A program made the translations under genes and the position numbers. A stretch of 64,000 bases of DNA from Mobula hypostoma (lineage: Eukaryota): contig NC_086108.1 of the NCBI RefSeq assembly GCF_963921235.1, forward strand, positions 94,428,001 to 94,492,000. The letters are read 5' to 3'. Shown here in pieces: positions 1 to 12,420 of the stretch. The stretch's first letter is position 1; each line of letters starts with the position of its first letter. The notes under the pieces are model-generated. The model saw only the letters and a program-made list of their open reading frames with translations, made no database searches and was not told the origin of the DNA.

Positions 1-3000
1 TGGGAGGTCTGCCCCTGCGCCGCGGTGCCTGAGCCTGGACCGGTTGCGCCAAGTCCACATGGGCCGGTTTGAGTCGGTCCACCGTGAATACCTCCTCTCT
101 CCCCCCAATGTCCAGCACGAACGTGGACCCGTTGTTCCTGATCACCTTAAACGGTCCCTCGTAGGGCCGCTGTAGCGGTGCCCGGTGCCCGCCCCGTCGT
201 ACAAAAAGAAACTTACAGTTCTGCAGGTCTTTGGGTACGCAGGTCGGGCTCTGTCCGTGCTGTGAAGTGGGTATGGGGGCCAGGTTACCGAGCCTCTCCT
301 GTAGTCTGTCCAGGACTGCTGTGGGTTCTTCCTCTTGCCCCCTTGGGGCTGGTATGAACTCTCCTGGGACGACCAGGGGCGCGCCGTACACCAACTCGGC
401 CGACGAGGTGTGTAGATCCTCCTTGGGCGCCATGCAGATTCCGAGCAGGACCCAGGGAAGTTCGTCCACCCAGTTAGGCCCCTCCAGGCGGGCCATGAGA
501 GCCGATTTCAGGTGACGGTGGAAGCGCTCCACTAGTCCGTTCGACTGTGGGTGGTAGGCAGTTGTGTGGTGTAGCTGTGTTCCTAAAAGGCTGGCCATAG
601 CCGACTACAGGCTGGAGGTGAACTGGGCGCCCCTGTCGGAGGTAATGTGGGCCGGTACCCCAAAGCGTGCTACCCAGGTTGCGATCAGTGCTCGGGCGCA
701 GGATTCGGAGGTGGTGTCGCTGAGCGGGACTGCCTCTGGCCATCTGGTGAACCGGTCTATCATAGTTAGGAGGTACCGCGCTCCTCGTGACACTGGCAGG
801 GGCCCCACGATATCCACATGGATGTGGTCGAACCTCCGGCGGGTGGGTTCGAACCGTTGCGGCGGAGCCTTGGTGTGCCGCTGCACCTTGGCCGTTTGGC
901 ACTGCATGCACGTTTTGGCCCATTCACTGACCTGCTTACGAAGTCCATGCCACACGAACCTGTTGGAGACCAGCCGGACGGTTGTCCTGATGGAGGGGTG
1001 CACTAAGTTGTGAATGGACTCGAAAACCCACCGGCGCCAGGCTGCTGGGACGACGGGGCGGGGTTGGCCGGTAGCTACGTCACATAGTAGGGTCCTCTCA
1101 CCTGGGCCTACGGGGAGGTCTTGAAGCTGTAAACCGGAGACTGCAGTCCTGTAACTGGGGATCTCAGTGTCTGCCTGCTGTGCCTCTGCCAGCGCTGCAT
1201 AGTCCACCCCCTGGGAGAGGGCCTGTATGGTAGGTCTGGAAAGTGCGTCCGCCACGACGTTGTTCTTTCCAGAGACATGCCGGATGTCCGTCGTGTACTC
1301 GGAGATGTAGGACAGATGTCGCTGCTGGCGGGACGACCAGGGGTCGGACACCTTAGTGAACGCAAAGGTAAGCGGTTTGTGGATGTGAACGCGGTGAAGG
1401 GCCTACCTTCTAAGAAGTACCTGAAATGCCGGATTGCTAGGTATAGTGCCAATAGCTCCCGGTCGAAAGCACTGTATTTGAGTTTGGGTGGTTGTAGGTG
1501 TTTGCTGAAGAACGCCAGGGGTTGCCAGCGACCCTCGATGAGTTGTTCCAGCACTCCACCGACCGCTGTGTTGGATGCGTCCACCGTGAGGGCAGTAGGA
1601 ATGCCCGTTCTGGGGTGCACTAGCATCGCGGCGTTTGCCAAGACTTCTTTGGTTTTAACGAAAGCGGTTGCGGCCTCTTCGTCCCAGGTAATGTCCTTGC
1701 CCTTACCCGACATCAGGGTGAACAGGGGGCGCATGGTTCGGGCTGCTGAGGGGAGGAAACGGTGGTAAAAATTCACCATACCCACGAATTCCTGCAAGCC
1801 TTTGATTGTGTTGGGTCGGGGGAAGTGGCAGACCACGTCTACCTTGGCGGGCAGAGGGGTTGCCCCGTCCTTAGTAATCCTGTGGCCCAGGAAGTCGATG
1901 GTGTCGAGTCCGAACTGGCACTTGGCTGGATTGATTGTAAGGCCGAATTCGCTCAGGCGGGAGTAGAGCTGGAGGAGGTGGGACAGATGCTCCTGCCGAC
2001 TACTGCTGGCTATGAGGATGTCGTCCAAATAGATGAATGTAAAGTCCAGGTCACGTCCCACCGCGTCCATTAGCCGCTGGAAAGTCTGTGCGGCATTCTT
2101 TAGACCAAACGGCATTCGGAGGAATTCGAAAAGTCCGAACGGGGTGATAAGTGCTGTTTTGGGGATGTCGTCCGGATGTACAGGGATTTGATGGTATCCC
2201 CGGACGAGGTCTACCTTGGAAAAGATCCTTGCGCCGTGTAGGCTTGCTGCGAAGTCTTGAATGTGCGGCACAGGGTAGCGGTCTGGCGTTGTAGCCTCGT
2301 TCAGTCTGCGGTAGTCACCACATGGTCTCCAGCCCCCCGTTGCCTTGGGCACCATGTGAAGGGGGGAGGCCCATGGGCTGTCGGACCGTCGTATGATCCC
2401 TAATTCCTCCATCTTCTTGAACTCCTCCTTCGCCAGTCGGAGCTTGTCCGGGGGAAGCCTTCGAGCACGGGCGTGGAGGGGTGGTCCCTGGGTCGGGATG
2501 TGGTGCTGTACTCCGTGTCTGGACATGGCTGCCGTGAACTGCGGTGTCAGTACTGATGGGAAATCCGCCAGGACCCTGGTGAATTCATCGTCGGACAGCG
2601 TGATGGAGTCCAGGTGTGGGGCTGGCAACTGTGCTTCACCCAGGGAGAACGTTTGAAAAGTCTTGGCGTGGACTAATCGCTTCCCTTGCAAGTCGACCAA
2701 CAGGCTGTGGGCTCATAGAAAATCTGCCCCCAGCAGTGGTTGGGCCACGGCGGCCAGTGTGAAGTCCCACGTGAACCGGCTGGAGCTGAACTGTAGCCGC
2801 ACCGTGCGGGTGCCGTAGGTTCGTATTGTGCTGCCATTAGCGGCCCTCAGGGTGGGTCCCGGTTCTCTGTTGCGGGTGTCGTAACTCTTTGGAGGTAAGA
2901 CGCTGATCTCCGCTCCGGTGTCGACCAAAAAGCGGCGTCCCGACTGCTTGTCCCAGACGTACAGGAGGCTGTCCTAATGGCCAGCCGCCGTAGCCATCAG

Positions 3001-3024
3001 CGGCGGCTGGCCCTGGCATTTCCC
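1..3024 (-). pseudogene. pol: Gypsy pol (PR-RT-RH-IN), disrupted
   Basis: ORF pieces 2713-2928, 1108-2700 and 605-1351. In-frame stops at 2974-2976, 2713-2715 and 605-607; frameshifts near 1380 and 563. Confidence 0.92.
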
Positions 3025-3636
3025 GGGAATTTGCAGGGCGGTCTGCAGCGGCGGGCCTCTGTGCCCCACCCCTGGTGGTAGAAACACCATTGTTCATTGG
3101 GCTCGCGGCTTGGTGATCTGTGCGACGGATGCCCCTCTCTCTTTCCTGGCATTCCACAGCACATCTGCTCGGGCCGCCACCTCCCAGGGGTTGCTGAAAT
3201 CTGCGTCGGACAGCAGCAGGCATATGTCCTCGGGCAGTTGCTCTAGGAACACCTGCTCAAACATGAGGCAGGGTTTGTGCCCTTCAGCCAGGGCCAGCAT
3301 CTCGTTCATTAATGCTGACGGCGGCCTGTCTCCCAAACCATCCAGGTGCATTAAGCGGCGTGCTCGTTCGCGCCGTGAGAGTCCGAAAGTCGTTATGAGC
3401 AGGGCTTTGAATGCTGTGTATTTGGCGGCCTCCGGGGGCGACTGTATAAACTCCTCAACTTGTGCAGCAGTCTCCTGGTCGAGGGAGCTCAGCAGGTAGT
3501 AGTAGCGAGTGGACTCCGAGGTTATCTGCCGAATGTGGAATTGTGCTCCTGCTTGTTCGAACCATAATCGGGGTCGCAGCGTCCAGAAGCTTGGCAGTTT
3601 TAACGAAACTGCGTGAACAGATGCAGCGTCGGTCAT
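2997..3636 (-). pseudogene. gag: Gypsy gag, frameshifted near 3100, with C-terminal CHCC zinc knuckle
   Basis: MTDAASVHAVSLKLPSFW...PRLWFEQAGAQF; after the frameshift it reads EQWCFYHQGWGTEARRCRPPCKFPGNARASRR*. Confidence 0.85.
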
Positions 3637-3660
3637 CTCTGGTCCAAATATCGTTTGGGC

Positions 3661-3674
3661 CGTTGGGGTCACCA
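3661..3674 (-). promoter_or_regulatory. Primer-binding site complementary to the tRNA-Trp 3' end
   Basis: Minus strand reads TGGTGACCCCAACG; the complement of vertebrate tRNA-Trp 3' end is TGGTGACCCCGACG (13/14). Confidence 0.85.
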
Positions 3675-3676
3675 AT

Positions 3677-3961
3677 TGTAGCGATGTGCTACACACAGCG
3701 CTAGAATAACCACACGGAGTCGGTGAGTTAGAGTTGCGATGAAAGAGATTTATTCAAACTTCGCGGCCCGCTTTAAAGCCTTCCCGTTCCCACCCTCCCT
3801 AGGCAGGACTACTGTGGGGAATGTATATTCCCAGACTCTTTCTGCGTGCGGGATTTTCCCCCTGCTGGTGAAGATGGCCTGGCGCCCTTTTTGCTGCCGA
3901 CCCTCTGCCTGCGCGCGCCGTTGTGAGCCCGTCCGTGTGTGCCAGAAAGTGGGTTGCCACA
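3677..3961 (-). repeat. 5' LTR of the Gypsy element (~285 bp)
   Basis: Bounded by TGTAGCGA...TTGCCACA (TG..CA, imperfect inverted termini) and abuts the PBS with a 2-nt spacer. The second LTR is not in the window, so the outer end is inferred from the terminal motif. Confidence 0.8.
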
Positions 3962-6900
3962 GGACAGAGGCAATGGAAGTTGGGGTGAGGCAGAGTCAGG
4001 GTGGCAGAGCCTCGACCCAAGAGCGAGGAACAACACAAGGTTTGGCCAATTTAAACATCCAGCCAGATTGAAAAGGTCAGGGTGTCAGGACCAGAGGAGA
4101 AGTACGGTCCGGTATTCAGCTTGCTGCTCTGCAATAAATACTGATCTCTGCGCTGAACTGAGCCTCTGGCCTGCAACTAAGGGACTCCTGAATTGGCTGC
4201 AGTGATAGGGGACTGCATGGCTGGAGACTCACTTTCATGAACTTTAGTTCTGAACGAAAAAAGATCTAGTGCTTTAGTTCTGAATGTTATTTGCTTGCTT
4301 TTATTGCATGCATAATTTGTTTTTTTCCCTGCACATTGGGTGTTTTGATAACCTTTCTTTAAAAAAATGGATTCTATTGGGTGTCTTTGTTTTGCGGCAG
4401 TCTATAAGGAGACAAATCTCAAGATTGTATATAGTATACATAGTTTAATAATAAATGTATTTTGAACTTTTTTTTAAACTTTGAACAGGACTTCAACAGT
4501 GCGATGTTAACAATTGCATCAACATTTAAATGGATAAGCATGGAAAAGCAATGTGATCCCTTTTTATCATGATCTGCTGTAAAGCAACTGAACTGACATT
4601 GCAAATAATCAGCCAAGGAAGAGAGGGGTATTTATTCTTTCAGTTGGCACTAGATACAATGCTAAATACACACAACAGGCCATTAAATCTTCTCAGTAAC
4701 TTGCCATTCATTCATTCAATTAGGCCAATCTTTCCCCAAGAACTGCCAGCAGATATCCATAACCAAGCTCTTCCCAGCAAGAAATAATAACAAAGTCATA
4801 CAAATATTCAGGTTAGGTACCATTCTATAGAGCGAGGAATTATTCATGCAATTCTTCCATTAAAATCATTAGACCATAAGACATAGAAGCTGAGTTAGGC
4901 CATTCAGCCCATTGTTTCCACTCCACCAATCATGGCTGATTTATTTTCCTTCTCAATCTCCTTAGCCAGAAGCCATCATACCACTCCCTATCAAAGGTCT
5001 TCATAAAGCCAATGAGATTGTGAGGGAAGTCAGCTGGGTGTTGAAACTCATTTGCAAAGATAACTAGGATATCAGGTTTCAGTTGAGACTTTAGAACCAG
5101 ATCTAATATCACTGACATACTCTTGTTTAATATCACTGACATCCTTGAGGTGCGCCTGAGTTGATTGTCAGCTGAGAGGATATGTTATTTTCTATCTACA
5201 ATGAGTATAGTCCTCTGATGAGGAAGTCAAGGATCCAGTTGCAAAGCAAGGCATGAAGGCTCAGGTGTTGAAGCTTGATGATCAGTACTGAGGGGATGAT
5301 GGTATTGAATGCTGAGCTGCAATCAATAAACTGCAGCCTGACATAGCTATTGCTTTTATTGAATGGTCTAAGGCCAAGTGGAGAGCCAGTAAGATTGTAT
5401 CTGTTGTAGACAACAATAGTACATGGTGTTTGTTTTTACTATATGGTCTTCTACTATGAATTCTTCAGCTCATGCTTTCAGTCTGTACTGTAAAATTCAT
5501 TAACAATGACAGAGACAGGTGTTGCTCAAGTTTACTTTTATACAATGTATTAGAATATGCCTCCATTTGTTTTAAGACGTCCTGCATATGTATAGTCAAT
5601 GTCAGATGATCTTCTAACTTCAAACATCCCAATGAATTCCCTTGCTTCCTGTTTGAGCACATTAGACAGAAACTTTTGAGTATCTCCAAAACAATTAGAA
5701 TGCTTTGGGGACAAGGGGATAGCTCTATTTTTGAAGCATTATCATCAAGTAAGCTGACATCCAGTCTTAGAATCTTGAAAGTTGGACATCATTTTGAGAT
5801 GTTAAAAACTCAGTAAATATTACTATAAAACTTGTATATATAACTTAGTTATACATCTTCTATAATTGATTATTGAATAACAGCCAATGTGCAAATTAAA
5901 CATAGTAATATTGATCATGAAAAGATTAGTTAAATCAGCTACTGGCTGAGGAAGAAATATTGGTTAGGATACCAGAAGGAATTTTGGCCAGAATACTAAG
6001 CAAACTAATAGTAAGCGAATGGTGCTATGAGACCTTTAAACTTAACCACAAAAACAGACATGCAAGGTCATGTTTTAATACTCCATGCAAGATGAACACC
6101 TCTGATAATGCCTTGCACCACCCCGCATCAGAAGAGTTTCTTTGAATGCTACTAACTAAATTGAATGCCAACTCACTAAACAAGTCCCACGGAGGGGAGG
6201 GATAAAACATTTTACTCTGTTTTTAGAAAATATATATATTCTTTCTCAAAATTTCTCCCTCCCCCCGAATTGGCATATGTTCCATATCTAGCCACAACCG
6301 TCTGTACCACACCTAACTGAGCAGGTTTACACGAAAAACACCATGAGCTGGCAGGCTACTTGCAGCAAATTTATTCCATAAAAACAAACATGCACTTCCC
6401 ATTAGTGGTCATGCACAACTGAGAAAGAACAGGAAGCTGAGCTATTTTTACTCTTTCCCAAGCCATAGACCTCTTGCAAATCATAATATTCTGCATCACT
6501 CCACGTTAAGATCAACTTGGAACAGCTTGGGGATCACATCAGGCATCTTCTGGCTCCATATGGTTCAGTACCACAATAGGCAACTGCACATGTGGACAAG
6601 TATCAATATACTGGATAGATTTTTGGACTCAAGTACAACTTGCACCATGGACAGGTAGAGCCAAAAGGGCCTGTTTCTATACTGTACGACTTTACAACTT
6701 TAAACATACTGTTGAGAAGTAATTAAACAGGGGAACTATGGTCAAATAATTTCATTTTTATATCCAAATTATAATACAAAATAATGTCCCACAAGTTTGA
6801 CTCATCCAGGTCCAAACATCATCAATTGTTTCAACAATAAGTTAGAAGTTTGCCTATGATTGCACAATGTTTAATTCCTTTCACAACTCCTCAGAAACTG

Positions 6901-7499
6901 AAGCAGATCACATTTACCTGCAGCAACATGTAAACAACATTCCAGCTTGGGCTGATAAATAGCAAGTTATCGTCTTGTTGCACAAATACCATGCAATTAC
7001 TATCTCCAAGAGAGAATACAGTGACTTAATCTTGATATCCAAAAGATAATACCATCAGTTAATTTCCTGGGGTCACATGAAACAAAAATTTGAACAAGCC
7101 ACACAAGTCCTGTTTTCCACAGACACTGCCTGGCCTGCTGAGTTCCTCCAGCATGTTGTGTGTGTTGCTAAGTACTGTGACTACAGGGACATAACAGAAT
7201 TTGTGTCTTTAATGGCAAGTTACACAATTCGCACTTCTTAATGTCTTCCCAAAGACAGTCAGAAACATACGGAATAAAAGCAGTTCCAGTCATTAGTAAC
7301 TTAGCTTATTTTTGTCATATGTACTGAGAGTCAAATGGAAAATTTATTTTGCATGCCATCCATAGATTATTTCATTACTATCAGTGCATTGAGGTGGTAC
7401 AAGGAAAAACAGAATGTAGAATAAAGTGGTACAGTTACAGAGAATGTGCAGTGCAGGTAGACAACAAGGACCCAGACCATTATGAAGTAGATTTTGAGA

Positions 7500-8335
7500 T
7501 CAAAGTCATGGTCATACTTTATTGATCCCAGGGAGAAATGGTTTTTGTTACAGTTGCACCATAAATAATTAAATAGTAATAAAACCATAAATAGTTAAAT
7601 AGTAATATGTAGATTATGCCAGGAAATAGGGTGTCTGACCCTCCAAGGGAGGAGTTGTAAAGTTTGATGGCCACAGGCAGGAATGACTTCCTATGATGCT
7701 CTGTGTTGCATCTCGGTAGAATGAGTCTCTGGCTGAATGTACTCCTGTGCCCACCCAGTACATTATGTAGTGGATGGGAGACATTGACCAAAATGGCATA
7801 CAACCTGGACAGCATCCTCTTTTCAGACACCACCGTGAGAGAGTCCAGTTCCATCCCCACAACATCAGTGGCCTTATGAATGAGTTTGTTGATTCTGTTG
7901 GTGTCTGCTACCCTCAGCCTGCTGCCCCAGCACACAACAGCAAACATGATAGCACTGGCCACCACAGACTTGTAGAACATCCTCAGCATCGTCCGGCAGA
8001 TGTTAAAGGACCTCAGTCTCCTCAGGAAATAGAGATGGCTCTGACCCTTCTTGTAGACAGCCTCAGTGTTCTTTGACCAGTCCAGTTTATTGTCAATTCG
8101 TATCCCCAGGTATTTGTAATCCTCCACCATGTCCACACTGACCCCCCTGGATGGAAACAGGGGTCACCAGTACCTTAGCTCTCCTCAGGTCTACCACCAG
8201 CTCCTTAGTCTTTTTCACATTAAGCTGCAGATAATTCTGCTCACACCATGTGACAAAGTTTCCTACCGTAGCCCTGTACTCAGCCTCATCTCCCTCACTG
8301 ATGCATCCAACTATGGCAGAGTCATCAGAAAAGCG
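7500..8335 (-). mobile_element. Rex1/Babar-type LINE, 5'-truncated 3' fragment (same family as 36610-37849)
   Basis: ORF 7519-8136: YKYLGIRIDNKLDW..KKGQSHLYFLRRLRSFN. Near-identical to the ORF at 36749-37267, with the same (ATGACT)n-like tail. Confidence 0.85.
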
Positions 8336-8339
8336 TCCA

Positions 8340-9235
8340 CTATTATTGTATAAGAGTATTGTTCATTTTAGAATTGCAGGATAGAAACTGTCCTTGCACC
8401 TGGTGCCATGTGCTTCCTAATGGGAGTGAGAAGGAGAGAGAACATCCAGGGTAGCTGGGCACTTTGATTATGTTAGCTGCTTTGCCAAAATGGTGAGACA
8501 TATAGATAAGAGTCCGTGGAGAAGAGATGTGCTGAGCTGTGTGCAATTTCGTCCAGTCAAGGGCAGAGCAGCTGCCATACCAAACCACAATGCAGCCAGA
8601 TAGGATGTTTTTTTTTAAATGGTGTAGTGATAAAAATTGGTAATGGTCAATGGGGATAAGCCAAATTTCTTTAGCCTCCTGAGGAAGTACTGGCGCTGGA
8701 GTGCTTTCCTGGCTATGGCATCAATGTAGATAGACCAGGACGGGTGATGGTTCATTCCTAGAAACTTGAAGCCCTCAATCATCTCGATCTCAGCGTCTTT
8801 GACATAAGCACTCCACCTTCCCCCACCCCCCACTGCCTGTAGTCAATGCACAGCTCTCTAATTTAGCTGACATTAAAGAAAAGGTTGTTGTCATAACATT
8901 ATGCCACTAGGCTCTCCATCTCTTTCCTATACTCCGACACAACATTATTTGAGATTCAGCGAGTCATCAACAAACTTGAAGTTAGAGCAGAATCTCGCCA
9001 CGTAGCTGTGAGAGCGTGAGGGCGAAGGACACAGCCTTGTGGAGCACCAGTGCTGACAATAATCATGGTGGATGCGTTGCTTTCTCTCCTTACTTGCAGC
9101 AGAAAGTCAAACAGCCTGTTGCAAAGAGAGATATTGAATCCCATGTCTAGAAGTTTGGAAATGAGCTTGCTTGGAACTTCAGTATTCAAAGCAGAGCTGC
9201 ATTCAAATAAGTAATAATCTAATGTAGGTGTATAT
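8340..9235 (-). mobile_element. Older Rex1/Babar-type LINE RT fragments
   Basis: STGAPQGCVL, FKFLG and ARKALQRQYFLRRLKKFG in broken ORFs 8956-9189 and 8615-8833. Confidence 0.75.
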
Positions 9236-9264
9236 CCTCATTGCTCAAGTAATCAAGTTTGTGG

Positions 9265-10150
9265 ACAATACAAAGATAGGTGGATAATGTTGAGAACACC
9301 AAGTGTCTACAGAAGGACCGGGACAGATTCGGAGAAAAGGTAAAGAAGTGGCAAATGAAATATAGCACATGGCCATGCACTTTGGCAGAAGGAATAAAAT
9401 CATAAACTATTTTCTAAATGGGGGAGAAAATTCAAAAATCTGAGGTTAAAGGGACTTGGGAGTCCTTGTGCAGGATTCCCTAAAGTTTAACTTGCAGGTT
9501 AAGTCGGCAGTAAAGAAGGTAAATGCATTGTTAACACTCATTTTGAGAGGACTAGAATATAAAAGGAAGGATGTGATGCTAAGGTTCTAAGACCTTGGTC
9601 AGACTGCATTTGGAGTTTTGTGAGCAGTTTTGGGACTCTTATCTAAGAAAAGATGTGCTGGCATTGGAGAAGGCCCAGGGGAGGTTTACAAGAATGATTC
9701 TGGGAATGAAAGGGTTAACATGAGAAGCATTTGAAGGCTCTGAGTCTATACTCTTTGGAGTTTAGAAGAATTACGGAGGATTTCATTGAAGCTTATTGAA
9801 TAAAGAAAGGCCTATATAAAGTGGATTTGGAGTTGGATGTTTCACACAGTCCAGCACCAGAGGGCACAGCCTCTAAATACAAGGACATCCCTTTAGAACA
9901 GAGACGAGGAGAGGAATTTCCTTAGCCAGATGGTGGTGTATCTGTGGAATTCATTGCCATGGATGGCTGTGGAGGCCAAGTCATTAGGAATATTTAAAAC
10001 AGAGGTTGATAGGTTCTTGATTAGTAAGGATGTCATGAGTTAAAGGGAGACAGCAGGGGACTGGGGTTGAGCAGGATAATAAATCAGCTTTGATGGAATG
10101 CCGGAGTCGACTTGAGGGGCCAAATGGCCTGATTCTGCTCCTATACCTTA
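9265..10150 (+). mobile_element. CR1-type LINE 3' fragment
   Basis: Degenerate similarity to the other CR1 copies (LVRLHLEFCEQFW-type region; 3'UTR GGCCAAATGGCCTGATTCTGCTCCTAT). Confidence 0.8.
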
Positions 10151-11529
10151 CAACCTTATGGATCAATACCATCCAGTACACAACTCCACCCACCATTCAC
10201 TCAACACTAACACACAGTGGCTGCAGGGTATACCACCTACAAAGTATAATGCAGTTATTTACCAAGACAGCCGCAGTTATTTACCAAGACAGCCACAGTA
10301 CTTCCCAAATGTGAGACGTGTACCACCAAGGTCAAAAGGATACTTATAAAACACAACCTGCAACATCTAATAGTCTAATTGTAAACAAAATATATACTTT
10401 GTTTCCTTAAGTATAGTTACCCAAAATAAGCAGTCATCTATCCAGTGATATAATACAATGGCTGATCTAGTCAATGCGGATCAGAAAAGGACTTTGATTC
10501 AATCTCCAGTTAAATTTATATCCAGGATAGTTGTTTCCAACACTCCTTTCCAACCCACAGCAAAACCCAGAGAAGCAAAGAAAAAACAGAAAAGGAAATG
10601 CTGGTTCTGGAATAAAAAAAGCTAATTTTGATAATCAATTATTTTTTATCTTTCCTGTTCATGTGTTCTTTCCGTATGGTAGAATACATGTACTTTTAAA
10701 TTACTGCAGTTACAAACAGGAATTCACTTCAGCATCCAAGATGTTTGAATGATCTTGTTTGGTGTTAGATCTACTAAAGGAAATAGAATGTTAGATTGCA
10801 AAATACATATGAGAAACGCTATAGCACATAAATGCCAGTATTTACGTAATTAAATATTAAGATATTACTAACTTTAGCTGTTTTACAAAAACTTTTATAC
10901 ATTTGAATTGTACCTGTAGCTAATCCTGATGAGTCTCTCAGTTTTTATTAGTTATCAGATGCTTGCAGCAAGTTGCTCATTTTATAAATAAAGTGTATCA
11001 GCCGTGTTGACAAAAATCAGGCAGTGAAGAATTCCATATTTCCAAATAATACAGGAGAGTACAACAGTTTCGTAAGACATAAAAATGATTTAAATTGATG
11101 GAAGTGATCAACACAATTCTTACTTGCAAGCTATGAAAAATTTCTATCCTAAGTGCTTCAGCCCACAGTGAGCCTCTTCCTGTTGGCACTGCCAAACTGT
11201 TCCTACTATGCCAAAAATGCAGCAGCTAATATTCCTACACAGTTTAACAATTTTTTGTCAATAAATCCAGTTCTTCAAGTCCACCACTAGTTATCAGAAG
11301 ATAAAAATAAATGTTAATCAGCAAAACTATTTCATTATTGTGAGCTACGTAAAGCCCAAAGCAAAGAAATGGGCCATTCAGTCGAAGTAGTTTACGGTTG
11401 TGCTTATGCAGCACACAAACTTCCTCCTACTTGTTCACTGAACAATAGCTTACTCCCTCATGTTTATCCAGCTTCTCTTTAAATACATTTACGCTATGCA
11501 CCACAACTACTCCACATACTTAGTGTGCA

Positions 11530-12073
11530 CATTCAATGGGTACTTTTTTGGTACACGTGTATACCTGCTTGTTAATATAAATATCTAAATCAGCATAAAA
11601 CCACGCGGATACAGTCAAGAGGCTCAGTTGTTGTTCAAACCAAATATCAGAATATGGAAGAAATGTGATCTAAGTGACTTTGACTGTGGAATGATTGTTG
11701 GTGCCAGATGGGGTGACTTGAGTATCTCAGGTATGGCTAAGCTCCAGGGAGTTTCACACCAACAGTCTCTATAGTTTACAGACAGTGGTGCAAGAAACAA
11801 AAAAAAACATCCAATGAGCTGCAGTTCTGTTAGCAAAAACTGGCATGATAATGAGAGGGGTCAGGAGAAGAATAGCTAGACTGATTCAAGCTGACAGGAA
11901 GGCAAAGAAACTCAAATAATCACATGTTACAACAGTGGTGTGCAGAAGAGCATCTTTGAACACACAACACATTGAACCTTGAAGTGGATGGGCTATAGCA
12001 GAAGACCACAAACATACACTCTATGGATACTTTACCAGGTACAAGAGGTACCTAATAAAGTGGCCACTGAATG
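11530..12073 (+). mobile_element. Internally deleted Tc1-like DNA transposon
   Basis: Degenerate TIRs (CATTCAATGGGTAC... / GTACCTAATAAAGTGGCCACTGAATG). Encodes the N-terminal HTH remnant KKCDLSDFDCGMIVGAR from ~11657. Confidence 0.75.
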
Positions 12074-12420
12074 CAAGTTCTGTATTCTAACCACTCCGCA
12101 TATAAAGAAAATTCCCCCAAATTCCCTACTGAATACATGAGCAGAATTAGGCCAAAAACATCTGCTCCACCAGTACGTCATGGTTAATTATTATCCCTCT
12201 AAACTCCATTTTCTTGCCTTCTCCCCATAGCCTTAAACATCCTTACTACCAATTCCAAAGACATACCAGCTAGTAGGTTAATTAATCATAGTAAATTGTC
12301 CCATAATTAGGTTAGGACTAAATCACAGGTTGCTGAGTGGTGCAGCTCGAAGGGCCAAGAAAGGCCTATTCCACCCTGTATCTCAATCAATCAATCAATA
12401 AATAATCAAGAACCTATCAA

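Larger units (their letters stand above)
1..3961 (-). mobile_element. Ty3/Gypsy LTR retrotransposon, CsRN1-like, decayed; 3' end lies outside the window
   Basis: Minus-strand order is LTR, PBS, gag, protease (FLVDTGAEIS), RT (YLDD), RNase H (VDAS...DRELLA), integrase (HPSIR...CMQC, HVDIVGP, SDRGAQF, VERFHR, RPYEGPF). RT-RH-IN order is Gypsy-type. Confidence 0.95.

Noticed and set aside
231..3499. Plus-strand ORFs over the Gypsy element, and similar antisense ORFs over the LINE and Penelope copies
   Set aside because: Shadow frames of GC-rich coding sequence with no recognisable motifs.
10251..10294. 22-bp tandem duplication (GCAGTTATTTACCAAGACAGCC x2)
   Set aside because: Two units only, with no spacers; a local slippage event, not an array.
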